Shown here: in pieces, positions 55,632 through 63,979 of the stretch
How positions within the stretch are numbered: the first letter of the stretch is position 1
Layout: every line of letters begins with the position of its first letter
IMG/VR virus record: IMGVR_UViG_3300046804_003398
Length of the DNA stretch: 64,000 nucleotides
Reading direction: 5' to 3' (one strand)
Origin: a virus
Lineage: Duplodnaviria > Caudoviricetes
Made by a program: the position numbers and the translations under genes
Notes under the pieces: generated by a model
What the model was told of the DNA's origin: nothing
Seen by the model: the letters and a program-made list of their open reading frames with translations, nothing else
The model's database searches: none

Positions 55632-56131
55632 AGAGGATTGTATGTCTTTTCAAACTCAACTTTAGCAATACGATAATAACCAGTATTAGCTGGATCTTTT
55701 ACCAAATAATCACCAGGCTTGATAATCATATCTTCTCCCCACGGAGCTTTAAATGTTACTGGTTCGCCTGTATACAAAGCAACTTGTCTTGGAGATTGTT
55801 CTGGATAAATATCTCCACCAACATTACCAGTATATAACTTAGGTAACTTAACTGCCTTGATTACATAATTCTCACCAGTAGCACCACTAAAAATAATATC
55901 GCCGACCTCAGCAGTGTTTTGTGTTTCTTTACCATCTGTAGTTGTAGTAACCACTGGTTGTTGAATTGTTGACTTGGTATATGTCATTGGAGGCATAGAA
56001 CCTGGTTTACCATCTTCAACGTATTTATAAACCAACTTTTGTTTGGTTACTGGCTTAAATGCTAATGTGGATGCAATTTGATTGATATCTGCATTAGCAA
56101 CTTCACTGAGAATGTCTTTTAGTTTAATCAT
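55628..56131 (-). CDS. PGDYG-like domain protein
   Basis: TTDGKETQNTAEVGDII..GATGE.Y and APWGEDMIIKPGDYLV..YRIAKVEFEKTY. Confidence 0.6.
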   Translation of the reverse strand: MIKLKDILSEVANADINQIASTLAFKPVTKQKLVYKYVEDGKPGSMPPMTYTKSTIQQPVVTTTTDGKETQNTAEVGDIIFSGATGENYVIKAVKLPKLYTGNVGGDIYPEQSPRQVALYTGEPVTFKAPWGEDMIIKPGDYLVKDPANTGYYRIAKVEFEKTYNPL

Positions 56132-56661
56132 AGGTTTATAAAGTATTTGCCTTTTGGCCCACTATACTTGAATCTGGTAATTGGTAAAGATATATTTAGA
56201 TTGTCTTTGATGTGTGGAAAGCTACCCTTCTTCACATAAGCTAATGTCATATGGGGTTTGTAGTCTGGGTAACCGTCAGTATTTGGATAACCATCACATC
56301 TACGTCTCAATTCAGTTAAGATAGGACTCTTTTCAACTTCAAACTTAACCACATCAAATTTATCATTTTCAAACAAATTGAGTGCTTTCAATACCACATT
56401 AAATGGCTTTACACCTTGAAGGATTCTAGCAACATCGGGTCTACCAATATCTGGTTCAAATCCATACTTGAGAGTCACATGAGGTTCTTCATCGTAACCA
56501 TATGTAGGATCATTAGGATCAGTATATAGTATTTGTGGTGGTATTGCGGTTCTACCAAGTCTAATTACATGTGGTCCATAAGTAGGACTTACATGTGCCA
56601 TTAAACAACCCTTTTCAACGTGTCTATTTTCTACGAGTAACATATTTTCTAATAATTTCAC
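56128..56661 (-). CDS. 2H phosphoesterase (Acb1/T4 gp57B-like)
   Basis: Two HxT motifs: EPHVTLKYG and KPHMTLAY. Confidence 0.85.
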   Translation of the reverse strand: MKLLENMLLVENRHVEKGCLMAHVSPTYGPHVIRLGRTAIPPQILYTDPNDPTYGYDEEPHVTLKYGFEPDIGRPDVARILQGVKPFNVVLKALNLFENDKFDVVKFEVEKSPILTELRRRCDGYPNTDGYPDYKPHMTLAYVKKGSFPHIKDNLNISLPITRFKYSGPKGKYFINL

Positions 56662-57901
56662 GAATCAAATGTTCTTTCTTTACCAATTGGTCCAAAGGCA
56701 CACCTCTATACTTTTGTCTTAGTTGCGCAATTGGCATACCATATTGTTTTTCAGCTTGAGCAATCAGATTGTATCTATCTTGTTTCTCTTTTTCTAAAGA
56801 TGCCAATTTACGAGCAACTACAGTAGCAACAGTATTCTTAATGTTATCATTATAATACTTCTCACCCGATACCAAAAGATCATTCAATATTTTAATTTCT
56901 ACTTCTAACCCATTTACTTCTTTTTCTAAATTATCCTTTTCAGCAGGCGTGAGTTTCGCTCCTGTTGTATGAAGTTTTCCTCTTTTTTCAATAAACTCTT
57001 GTGTCTTATCATCAATTACTTTTTCCAAACTAGGTTGTTGTTGTATTTTCGTAAGACCCCAAGAAGGATAATCAAATTCACTACCAACCGGTGTATTGGA
57101 CAAATCACTATCAGTTACCTTTATTGATACATTATTACCTTTAATAGCGGTAACATCAGCTCTTATACCTAGTCCTAGGATTTTTATTTTGTCACCTACT
57201 TTGAATTCAACATCTGCTTTATCGGTAACAGATGGTTTAGGTGCGGCCGGAGGAGTTTCTTTCTTAGGTTCTTCTTTATCATACATTTGATCGTATGACA
57301 TCATCTTGCTACCAGTTTCATACAAACACTCAGTTGGATTATATCCATTAAACTCTATGACTTTTTCATATTGATCTTTGTATGGAATTACCTTATCTTT
57401 ATTATAATCCCAGAATGTTACAATGATAGCTTTACCACTCGGGATTGTGCTTTCAATTTGAAGATCCAAATTTTCTGGCGGTTTACCATCTGTATTGTCT
57501 ACCTCAAAGATTCTACCTTTCATGATAGGATCTGAATATGCGCCCATTCTACCCAATCCCTTTAGAATATTTTCCAAATCCAAATGACCACCACCATTAT
57601 TACTAGCCTTTAATCGTTTGATACCTTTTTGGGCCCAATAATCCAATTGTTCTCTCTTATTAGAATCATACTTTATTTCCGGAGCGTCTTCTAATTCTTT
57701 GATTTCTTTTAATACATCACTATCATCTGAGTAAAATTCTTTCTTGTTGTCGCTATATCCAAATATTGACTTTTTACCACTCTTGTCGTCTTTATAAACA
57801 AAAAAAGCACATCTGTTGGCCGGAGAAGTGTAGTTATACAACTTTCTCTTGTAACTAACAGTGTCAGGATTTTCCACCAAAATATCAATTAATTTAACCA
57901 T
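56624..57901 (-). CDS. Hypothetical protein (425 aa)
   Basis: Starts with the shared MVKLIDILVE leader; C-terminal coiled coil. Confidence 0.8.
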   Translation of the reverse strand: MVKLIDILVENPDTVSYKRKLYNYTSPANRCAFFVYKDDKSGKKSIFGYSDNKKEFYSDDSDVLKEIKELEDAPEIKYDSNKREQLDYWAQKGIKRLKASNNGGGHLDLENILKGLGRMGAYSDPIMKGRIFEVDNTDGKPPENLDLQIESTIPSGKAIIVTFWDYNKDKVIPYKDQYEKVIEFNGYNPTECLYETGSKMMSYDQMYDKEEPKKETPPAAPKPSVTDKADVEFKVGDKIKILGLGIRADVTAIKGNNVSIKVTDSDLSNTPVGSEFDYPSWGLTKIQQQPSLEKVIDDKTQEFIEKRGKLHTTGAKLTPAEKDNLEKEVNGLEVEIKILNDLLVSGEKYYNDNIKNTVATVVARKLASLEKEKQDRYNLIAQAEKQYGMPIAQLRQKYRGVPLDQLVKKEHLIREIIRKYVTRRK

Positions 57902-57906
57902 AAATT

Positions 57907-58509
57907 TTACCAGTATTTTCCTTTACCCTTGTTTCCTAAACTACGAATACGATGACTACGACAACTCCAGTAACCAGCTGTAGTTCTATCTTTCTTTTGA
58001 CTACATCTGTGACGTGCAGCAAAACTCTTACGACGAGCCTTGTTACCAGCTCTACTTCTCATATTTGGATCACCAAAAGTTACCTTCTTCACATTGCCGT
58101 TTTTTGATTTGACATACACGGCGTATTTCTTAGGACCGCCTGGAGTTCTGAATGGTCTATTGAGATGAACAGTGCGACCTCTGTGTTTCAACTCCATGAT
58201 CAAATCTTCTTCGACTTCAATAGGAGCATCCAAATAAACTTCTCGACCTTCAAATACTTCCTTCTTACCAAGATCACTTTCCACCAATTCAGCATCCGCA
58301 TCACACAACTCTATTAGGTTGTCATAATACAATTTACGAACTTCATCAATCAACTCAAAGTAAGACTCACTGTAGGTTCGAAAAATGTTCTCACTGAGAG
58401 ATATATTCTTTGACAAATGATATCGTAAATTTGAACTTGTTTCTACTTCTTCCAACAAGTTCATTGAGCAAAGCGAGTCGCTCTCTATAAGGTCGTTAAG
58501 CTTGATCAT
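57907..58509 (-). CDS. Conserved-type phage protein with basic C-terminal domain
   Basis: MIKLNDLIE leader; KKVTFGDP...ARRKSFAARHRC...AGYWSC C-terminal domain. Confidence 0.75.
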   Translation of the reverse strand: MIKLNDLIESDSLCSMNLLEEVETSSNLRYHLSKNISLSENIFRTYSESYFELIDEVRKLYYDNLIELCDADAELVESDLGKKEVFEGREVYLDAPIEVEEDLIMELKHRGRTVHLNRPFRTPGGPKKYAVYVKSKNGNVKKVTFGDPNMRSRAGNKARRKSFAARHRCSQKKDRTTAGYWSCRSHRIRSLGNKGKGKYW

Positions 58510-58521
58510 ATGATATAAATA

Positions 58522-59448
58522 TTATCCGTATTTGTTTATCGTTTTTAATTCGTTAATCAATATCTTTTCCTCAGCATCCAAGTTCTTATCCAATTCAACA
58601 AACACATCATCCAACGACATCTTGGTATTTGAACGTTTTTGAATAGTCTTTAAACTTTCAAGAGTATCAACCACAGTATCCAATGTGTTCTTATGTCTAT
58701 TGAATGTCGGTAATTCTATGTGGTTACTAAATTGAACTGCTTTTGGAGCAACACCTTTGAGAAGATTGATGATCGAAGCAACAATATGTTCAAAAATACC
58801 AAATATAGCTCCAGCAATTGGGTTTGTTGCTGCCAAAAATCTCAATACCATAAAACATATCAAGAATATCAATATGCCAGTTACACCGATAGTAACAAAT
58901 CGTTTTAGACCATACATCACACCACCAAGTCCCATCCAACTATTTACTTCATCAACGGTCACTTGCAAGGCATCAGCCTTCTTTGCAACTTGTGTTGCTT
59001 GGGTTTCAAGACCCTTTATTTGTTCTTCATAAACATCCTCAATTTCCTTCTGTTTAACTTGAAGTGCTAAAATTTCTTCGTCTCTTTGTTTTAGAAGTTT
59101 ACTACCCTTGTCTTTTTCCTTTTGAACTTCACTATTCAAAAGATCTGTAAGTTCCTTAATTTTGTTCAACTCGTCGATATTAGGGTTGCCAGTAATGTTC
59201 AATACCCTATTGTTAAAGTCTATAGCAGTCTTGACTTGAACTGGAGGATTGGTAACTGCCTTCAACGAGTAATCAGTTCCAGATGCTAACGTAGCTACTT
59301 GCTGTAATTTCTCACCTTCGTTTTTTGCCAATTCAACTCGGGTCTCCGCAAGAACATCTTTTGTCTTTTGAACTTTTTCTACATTGGACGTTTTGCATCC
59401 TCCGACCAATAAAAAAGAAGCCAAAAATAGTGTAAATAGTTTTCTCAT
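58522..59448 (-). CDS. Lipoprotein with coiled coil and C-terminal membrane segment (spanin-like architecture)
   Basis: MRKLFTLFLASFLLVGGC lipobox, coiled coil, then FVTIGVTGILIFLICFMVLRFL. Confidence 0.55.
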   Translation of the reverse strand: MRKLFTLFLASFLLVGGCKTSNVEKVQKTKDVLAETRVELAKNEGEKLQQVATLASGTDYSLKAVTNPPVQVKTAIDFNNRVLNITGNPNIDELNKIKELTDLLNSEVQKEKDKGSKLLKQRDEEILALQVKQKEIEDVYEEQIKGLETQATQVAKKADALQVTVDEVNSWMGLGGVMYGLKRFVTIGVTGILIFLICFMVLRFLAATNPIAGAIFGIFEHIVASIINLLKGVAPKAVQFSNHIELPTFNRHKNTLDTVVDTLESLKTIQKRSNTKMSLDDVFVELDKNLDAEEKILINELKTINKYG

Positions 59449-59514
59449 ACCTATAAATATTGAATCGGTATATAAAAACTTGTGTATTTCACCACACTCA
59501 TTTATGATATTAAC

Positions 59515-60288
59515 ATGTCAAAATATTGTGACACATCACTGATATATCTAAAATCGATCAACAAATCGGTCGCACGTAACTTGATCGAAAAGAACCACTA
59601 TACACACAAGTGGACCAGTTGTTCTGTAGCATATGGTGTGTATACCAAAGATTATGTTGAAAGCACATTCTTTGGAGGATTCGATAGTAGATTGATTGGT
59701 GTTCTTGTATATGGTAATGCTGTAGGACGTAATTCAAGCACTAGTATAACTCCGTTACTAACCAACGATAACGTGTTTGAATTGACCAGATTGTGGATTG
59801 AAGACGGTCACGGCAGTAACATAGAAAGCTACTGTATAGCAGAAAGTTTCAGATTGTTGAACATGGAGTTTCCTCAAATCAAGTGTATCTTGAGTTATGC
59901 TGACAGTGAAGTGGGTCACGCCGGAACTATTTATCAAGCAACTGGTTTCTTATATCAAGGGGACAATTATGTTGATATAGCACTGATGCCAAATTATAGT
60001 GTTAGTTTGATTGGACCACCCAACTATGATTGGATACACAGTAGAAACGTCTATGGTAGATGGAAAACACACAATGTGGACAAACTCAAGGAACGTATAG
60101 GAAAAACGTTCTGGCGCAAACGTGAGAGTGGCAAACACCGTTATATTAAGTTCATCAGTAACAAGATTGAAAATAAACGGTTGTCAAAGTCACTGATACA
60201 TAAACTGTTACCCTATCCAAAATCAACATCGTTCACAGAACAAATACAAGAAGTTGTGGTGAATAATGACCACAAATTTTTCCAATAA
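59515..60288 (+). CDS. Mom-like GNAT-fold DNA base-modification protein
   Basis: LIEKNHY, LIGVLVYG, ELTRLW, ES, ILSYAD..VGHAGTIYQATGFLYQG, KHRY. Confidence 0.8.
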   Translation: MSKYCDTSLIYLKSINKSVARNLIEKNHYTHKWTSCSVAYGVYTKDYVESTFFGGFDSRLIGVLVYGNAVGRNSSTSITPLLTNDNVFELTRLWIEDGHGSNIESYCIAESFRLLNMEFPQIKCILSYADSEVGHAGTIYQATGFLYQGDNYVDIALMPNYSVSLIGPPNYDWIHSRNVYGRWKTHNVDKLKERIGKTFWRKRESGKHRYIKFISNKIENKRLSKSLIHKLLPYPKSTSFTEQIQEVVVNNDHKFFQ

Positions 60289-60319
60289 AAAAACCCACCA
60301 GCCTTTCGACTGGTGGGTT
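60287..60319 (-). terminator. Intrinsic terminator after the major capsid gene
   Basis: Stem AACCCACCAG/CTGGTGGGTT with an A-run on its left. Confidence 0.8.
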
Positions 60320-60345
60320 CGTTATCTAATTTAGACTAATCCAAA

Positions 60346-62076
60346 TTATACGGTGTCGAGATCGGCGATCAAGACCTTACCGTAGAACTCAGGACGCACT
60401 ACCTTCTTAGCGTAGCGAGTCATCACACCACGGCGTGGAGTGAAGTTCACTGGATCATAGACCAATGGAGTTTGGATGAGTGGGATGTATGGAGCATACA
60501 CAGCACCAGTCTCCAAGAAGTTGCTACCACGGAAACCAACGAGGATAGCATTATCGGTCATGTATGGGTTCTTGTAAACTTGGAAGCGACTTGCGAAGCT
60601 ACCAACACGGCTTACACCCATTGCGAACTTAGCTTGGTCACCGTCAGTGTTCACAACATATCCTGGGATTGACTCCAAGATGGTTGCTACGTCTGGCGAA
60701 CATACCAAGAAGTTTGCGCCACCACGTAGAGTCAATTGGTGAATCTTGTTAGAGACCTTTTGGATCTTGTTACCAAGAGTTTGGAACCAAGTGCTCTTTA
60801 CGTAAGCGGTGCGGTTTGGTGAAGCGTTAACAACACGGGTGAACGAAGCCACATCGGTGGTGTTGTTTACAGTCTTGGTGAACTCAGTTCCGATTTGGGC
60901 AGACCAAGCTTCGGTAGTTACACCAGTGACAGACTCGTTCAACATGTCGAGGATTTCGAGGTCGATTTCCATCGAAACATACTCACTCAAGAGAGCAGTA
61001 AGTTCTGCTTCTGCATCAATAGAGTGATATGCGTTCAAGTCTTGAGCCAATTCTGGGGTCCAGACAGCCTTCAACTTACGGGTCTTAGCAACGATTGGTT
61101 CGCTCTTAAGTTCCAAGTTGACTTCTGGGATCTTGATATCAGTGCCGATAGATTGGGTATAGACGTTGTTAGCAACACCAGAACCTTCACCAGCGGTCTT
61201 ACCGTCTTCAAAGTCACCACGGAGGTTGTCCGAAGGTTGAACTGTGTAGTTCAAACGTGCAGTAGTAGATGGAGCAGCAGCACCAGCAGATTGACTTACG
61301 AACAAGTTAATTTGATAGTATGGGTTTGCCAAGCTACCAGTGTTAACTGCGGTTGCGTAAGTGTTCAATACAGTGTAAGCTACACCAGAACTCTTTTGAA
61401 CACCGAAAGAACGCACTGCGTTCAAGTCAACGTTCCAGAGGTTACCGGAACCTGGCTTTGCTTCGGTGTTGTCATCAAGGTTAAAGGTAATCTTGTAGAC
61501 ACCTGGAACATTGTTAGAACCGTTAACGGAAGCACTGAAAGCAGAATCGAATTGTAGATCGTTCCAGCTTGCGGTAGCTACGAGAACAGTTGCGTTGGAG
61601 CTAGAGACGGTGCGCTCAGAATAAGCATAGCGTCCTTGGCCATAGAGACCATTTACAGCAGCATCAGTAGAACCGAGCTTCTTTTGGTTACCACCGAACA
61701 AGCTTTCGCCTGCAGTGTGTCCCAATTGAGTGCCGGAACCATACTTGAAGTCGAGATAGAAGATAAGACCGCTTGGGAGGTTCATTGGTTGAACCGAAAC
61801 GAACTCCTTAGCAGCGATCTCAGCAAATACACGACGGACCAATGGAAGAGCAACGCCTGCCCATTGTTCACTGTTTGCACTAGTTCCAGTTGTTGAAGCT
61901 TCGTCCAACAATTGCTTTGCTTGGTTTTCCAAGAGGATTGACATGTGTGCCTTTTCAACACCGGTGGTGTTTTCGAGAAGACCTGTCTTTTCCCACTTGT
62001 TTTGAAGACCACGGGTTTCAGCCATTAGCTTAGCCTGTGGATTCATATTATTTGTTAGTAGACTCTTTACGTCCAT
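60346..62076 (-). CDS. gp23: Major capsid protein (T4 gp23-like)
   Basis: PLVRRVF, VSVQPMNLPSGLIFYL, AKTRKLKAVWTPELAQDLNAYH, APYIPL, FTPRRGVMTRYA. Confidence 0.97.
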   Translation of the reverse strand: MDVKSLLTNNMNPQAKLMAETRGLQNKWEKTGLLENTTGVEKAHMSILLENQAKQLLDEASTTGTSANSEQWAGVALPLVRRVFAEIAAKEFVSVQPMNLPSGLIFYLDFKYGSGTQLGHTAGESLFGGNQKKLGSTDAAVNGLYGQGRYAYSERTVSSSNATVLVATASWNDLQFDSAFSASVNGSNNVPGVYKITFNLDDNTEAKPGSGNLWNVDLNAVRSFGVQKSSGVAYTVLNTYATAVNTGSLANPYYQINLFVSQSAGAAAPSTTARLNYTVQPSDNLRGDFEDGKTAGEGSGVANNVYTQSIGTDIKIPEVNLELKSEPIVAKTRKLKAVWTPELAQDLNAYHSIDAEAELTALLSEYVSMEIDLEILDMLNESVTGVTTEAWSAQIGTEFTKTVNNTTDVASFTRVVNASPNRTAYVKSTWFQTLGNKIQKVSNKIHQLTLRGGANFLVCSPDVATILESIPGYVVNTDGDQAKFAMGVSRVGSFASRFQVYKNPYMTDNAILVGFRGSNFLETGAVYAPYIPLIQTPLVYDPVNFTPRRGVMTRYAKKVVRPEFYGKVLIADLDTV

Positions 62077-62122
62077 AATATTATTTTCCTATCTTTTGGT
62101 TTGTTAATTACTCGCAAACAAA

Positions 62123-63223
62123 TTACTTCTTGATTCCTGCGAGCTTTTGGAATCTTGAAGCCATCACATCAGCTTGAGGTTCTACAATCGTAGAGTCAGG
62201 CTTTGTGCTGGATACTGGTTTGCTTGCCAAACCTTCGGTGATAGTTGAGACAGTCGCATTTGACTTTTTCTTGGCGACTGATCCACCGGCATTAAATGAT
62301 TCGGCCAAAACTGTGTATGCCAATTTGATTTCACGCAATGTCTTGGTGAGATCAAATGTGTTGATGACCTTCAACTTTTGGTCTTCGGTCAAATTCTTAC
62401 CCTTGAAGATCTTGTTGGTATAAAGCAACTTAGCATTCAAGAGATTGGTTTCTTCAAGAACACCCTTCAAATACTTCACAGTATCTTGATGTTCCTTCAA
62501 TTGATTCTTCAATGCTTCGTTTTCTTCATTGATTGCAACAAGTGCTTCTGCCATTTCTTCAGCAGTCACATCCTCTTCATAAGTGTCTTCTTCCATTGGA
62601 GAAGGAACTTGTCCAGCAACTGGTGCTACTGGAGCTTGAGGAACTACTGGAGCAGCTGGTGCTGCTACTGCGGCAGCTGCTGGATCAGCAACTGGGGCAA
62701 CTGGAGCAGCTGGTGCTTGACCATCTTCTTCCAATTCAGCGAGAAGTTCATCAAGATCAACAACTTCTTCTTCAGAAGCTTGTTCTTCTTCAGCTACAAC
62801 TTCATGCTTCTCTTCCTTTTCCTCTTCGCCGTCTTCCTTCTTACCTTCTTGTTCCAACTCAGCAAGAATCTCATCCAACTCTTCGCTGGTGATTTCTTCG
62901 CCTTCTTCAAGAGTTGCGTCGAACTCTTGCTTTCCAGCTGGAGTGGTGTTTTTCTTTGCTGCAGTAGAAGGTTGGGTTGGGTGTTGCTTAGAAGCAATAT
63001 TGCTGTCATCCTTACCGATGCCAGAAGATGCAAGCTTCTCTTCGATCTTGCCTTCCTCTTCCTTACCTTCTTGTTCTTGTTCTGATTCTTCCTTGAGCTT
63101 CTCTGCGAACATTTCTTTCATGCTCTTTGCGAAGTTTTCCTCAAGAAAGGTTTTTGCATTAGCAATTGCAGTTTCACGAACTGCCTTTGCGTCTGCGATG
63201 CTTTCCTTTAATAGATCGCTCAT
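62123..63223 (-). CDS. Prohead scaffold/core protein (gp22-like)
   Basis: MSDLLKESIADAKAVRETAIANAK, a very acidic middle, LLNAKLLYTNK, RFQKLAGI; directly upstream of the capsid gene. Confidence 0.85.
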   Translation of the reverse strand: MSDLLKESIADAKAVRETAIANAKTFLEENFAKSMKEMFAEKLKEESEQEQEGKEEEGKIEEKLASSGIGKDDSNIASKQHPTQPSTAAKKNTTPAGKQEFDATLEEGEEITSEELDEILAELEQEGKKEDGEEEKEEKHEVVAEEEQASEEEVVDLDELLAELEEDGQAPAAPVAPVADPAAAAVAAPAAPVVPQAPVAPVAGQVPSPMEEDTYEEDVTAEEMAEALVAINEENEALKNQLKEHQDTVKYLKGVLEETNLLNAKLLYTNKIFKGKNLTEDQKLKVINTFDLTKTLREIKLAYTVLAESFNAGGSVAKKKSNATVSTITEGLASKPVSSTKPDSTIVEPQADVMASRFQKLAGIKK

Positions 63224-63373
63224 ATTAATTTTACCTTTCCTATGTTGTTTTGTGAAGTTATTGGAGAACTCCAAAGAAGATTTAAATTCCGTGGCATCAA
63301 AGACATTGACGCATTTGATAATAAATATAATTTAAATTTGGAAAATGGCAATTTTTTTGATATTTATAGATGT

Positions 63374-63979
63374 ATGCCAGCAAAATCTGAAAAACAAGCA
63401 CGATATTTTAGACTCGTTAGAGCAGTTCAAAAAGGTGATGTTCCTGCAAAGGACGTATCTAAGGACTTGAGAAAGACTGCGAAAAGTATGTCACCAAAAG
63501 CTGTAAAAGATTTCACCAAGTTGAAAGAGTTACTAAAGAATTTGAGCGAATCGGAGTTCAGTTCTGCAAAAATGCAAGAAGTTCCAGATAAAACATTGGA
63601 TGATGTATTGAGAGAAAACTCGGGTGTGAAGTTTGATAAAGAAGAACTTCTAACATTCCAAAACAAACAAAATGGTTTTGGTGGTTTTGGTAAAGCAAAC
63701 TTTGTTCATAAAAAGAGTAGCAACGAAATCAAAGCAAATATCACTAGTAATGAATCAAACAAAGATTATGTGTTTAAGAAACTAGTGAATAACCAAAACC
63801 CAGGCTTATACAACTACGGTTGCTTTATTGGTATCACACCATCTAAACAAAGTGATAACCCAGAAGATAACAAAGAAAAAGTAGTCTACATGTTGAGTAG
63901 TATCTTCGATAATGATGGTGAAGAAAAAAACAAAATATTAGCAGACTTCATTGATAGAATTAATTCATATGGACTATAA
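63374..63979 (+). CDS. Hypothetical late protein (MPAKS-type N-terminus)
   Basis: MPAKSEKQARYFRLV...SMSPKAVKDF; TATTTATA at 63361-63368 supports the 63374 start over the track's 63242. Confidence 0.75.
   Translation: MPAKSEKQARYFRLVRAVQKGDVPAKDVSKDLRKTAKSMSPKAVKDFTKLKELLKNLSESEFSSAKMQEVPDKTLDDVLRENSGVKFDKEELLTFQNKQNGFGGFGKANFVHKKSSNEIKANITSNESNKDYVFKKLVNNQNPGLYNYGCFIGITPSKQSDNPEDNKEKVVYMLSSIFDNDGEEKNKILADFIDRINSYGL

Larger units (their letters stand above)
3132..63367. promoter_or_regulatory. Dispersed TATTTAT(A/T) upstream motif, putative late promoter (about 19 copies)
   Basis: Seen as ATAAATA on the plus strand for minus-strand genes at 3132, 15959, 22534, 25960, 33084, 40953, 43641, 45503, 46091, 47295, 47857, 48157, 49598, 52876, 54651, 58515, 59453 and 63321, and as TATTTAT at 17156 and 63361 for plus-strand genes. 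Confidence 0.7.

Noticed and set aside
18684-63335. Long antisense ORFs (e.g. 18684-19382, 24232-24921, 29890-30627, 41119-41922, 60895-61557, 62378-63085)
   Set aside because: Each lies opposite a well-supported gene with biased codon usage that suppresses stops on the other strand; the translations are low-complexity and lack starts with regulatory signals.
63242-63373. N-terminal extension of the last full ORF as given in the track
   Set aside because: It overlaps the scaffold's upstream region; the motif at 63361 and the MPAKS start support 63374.
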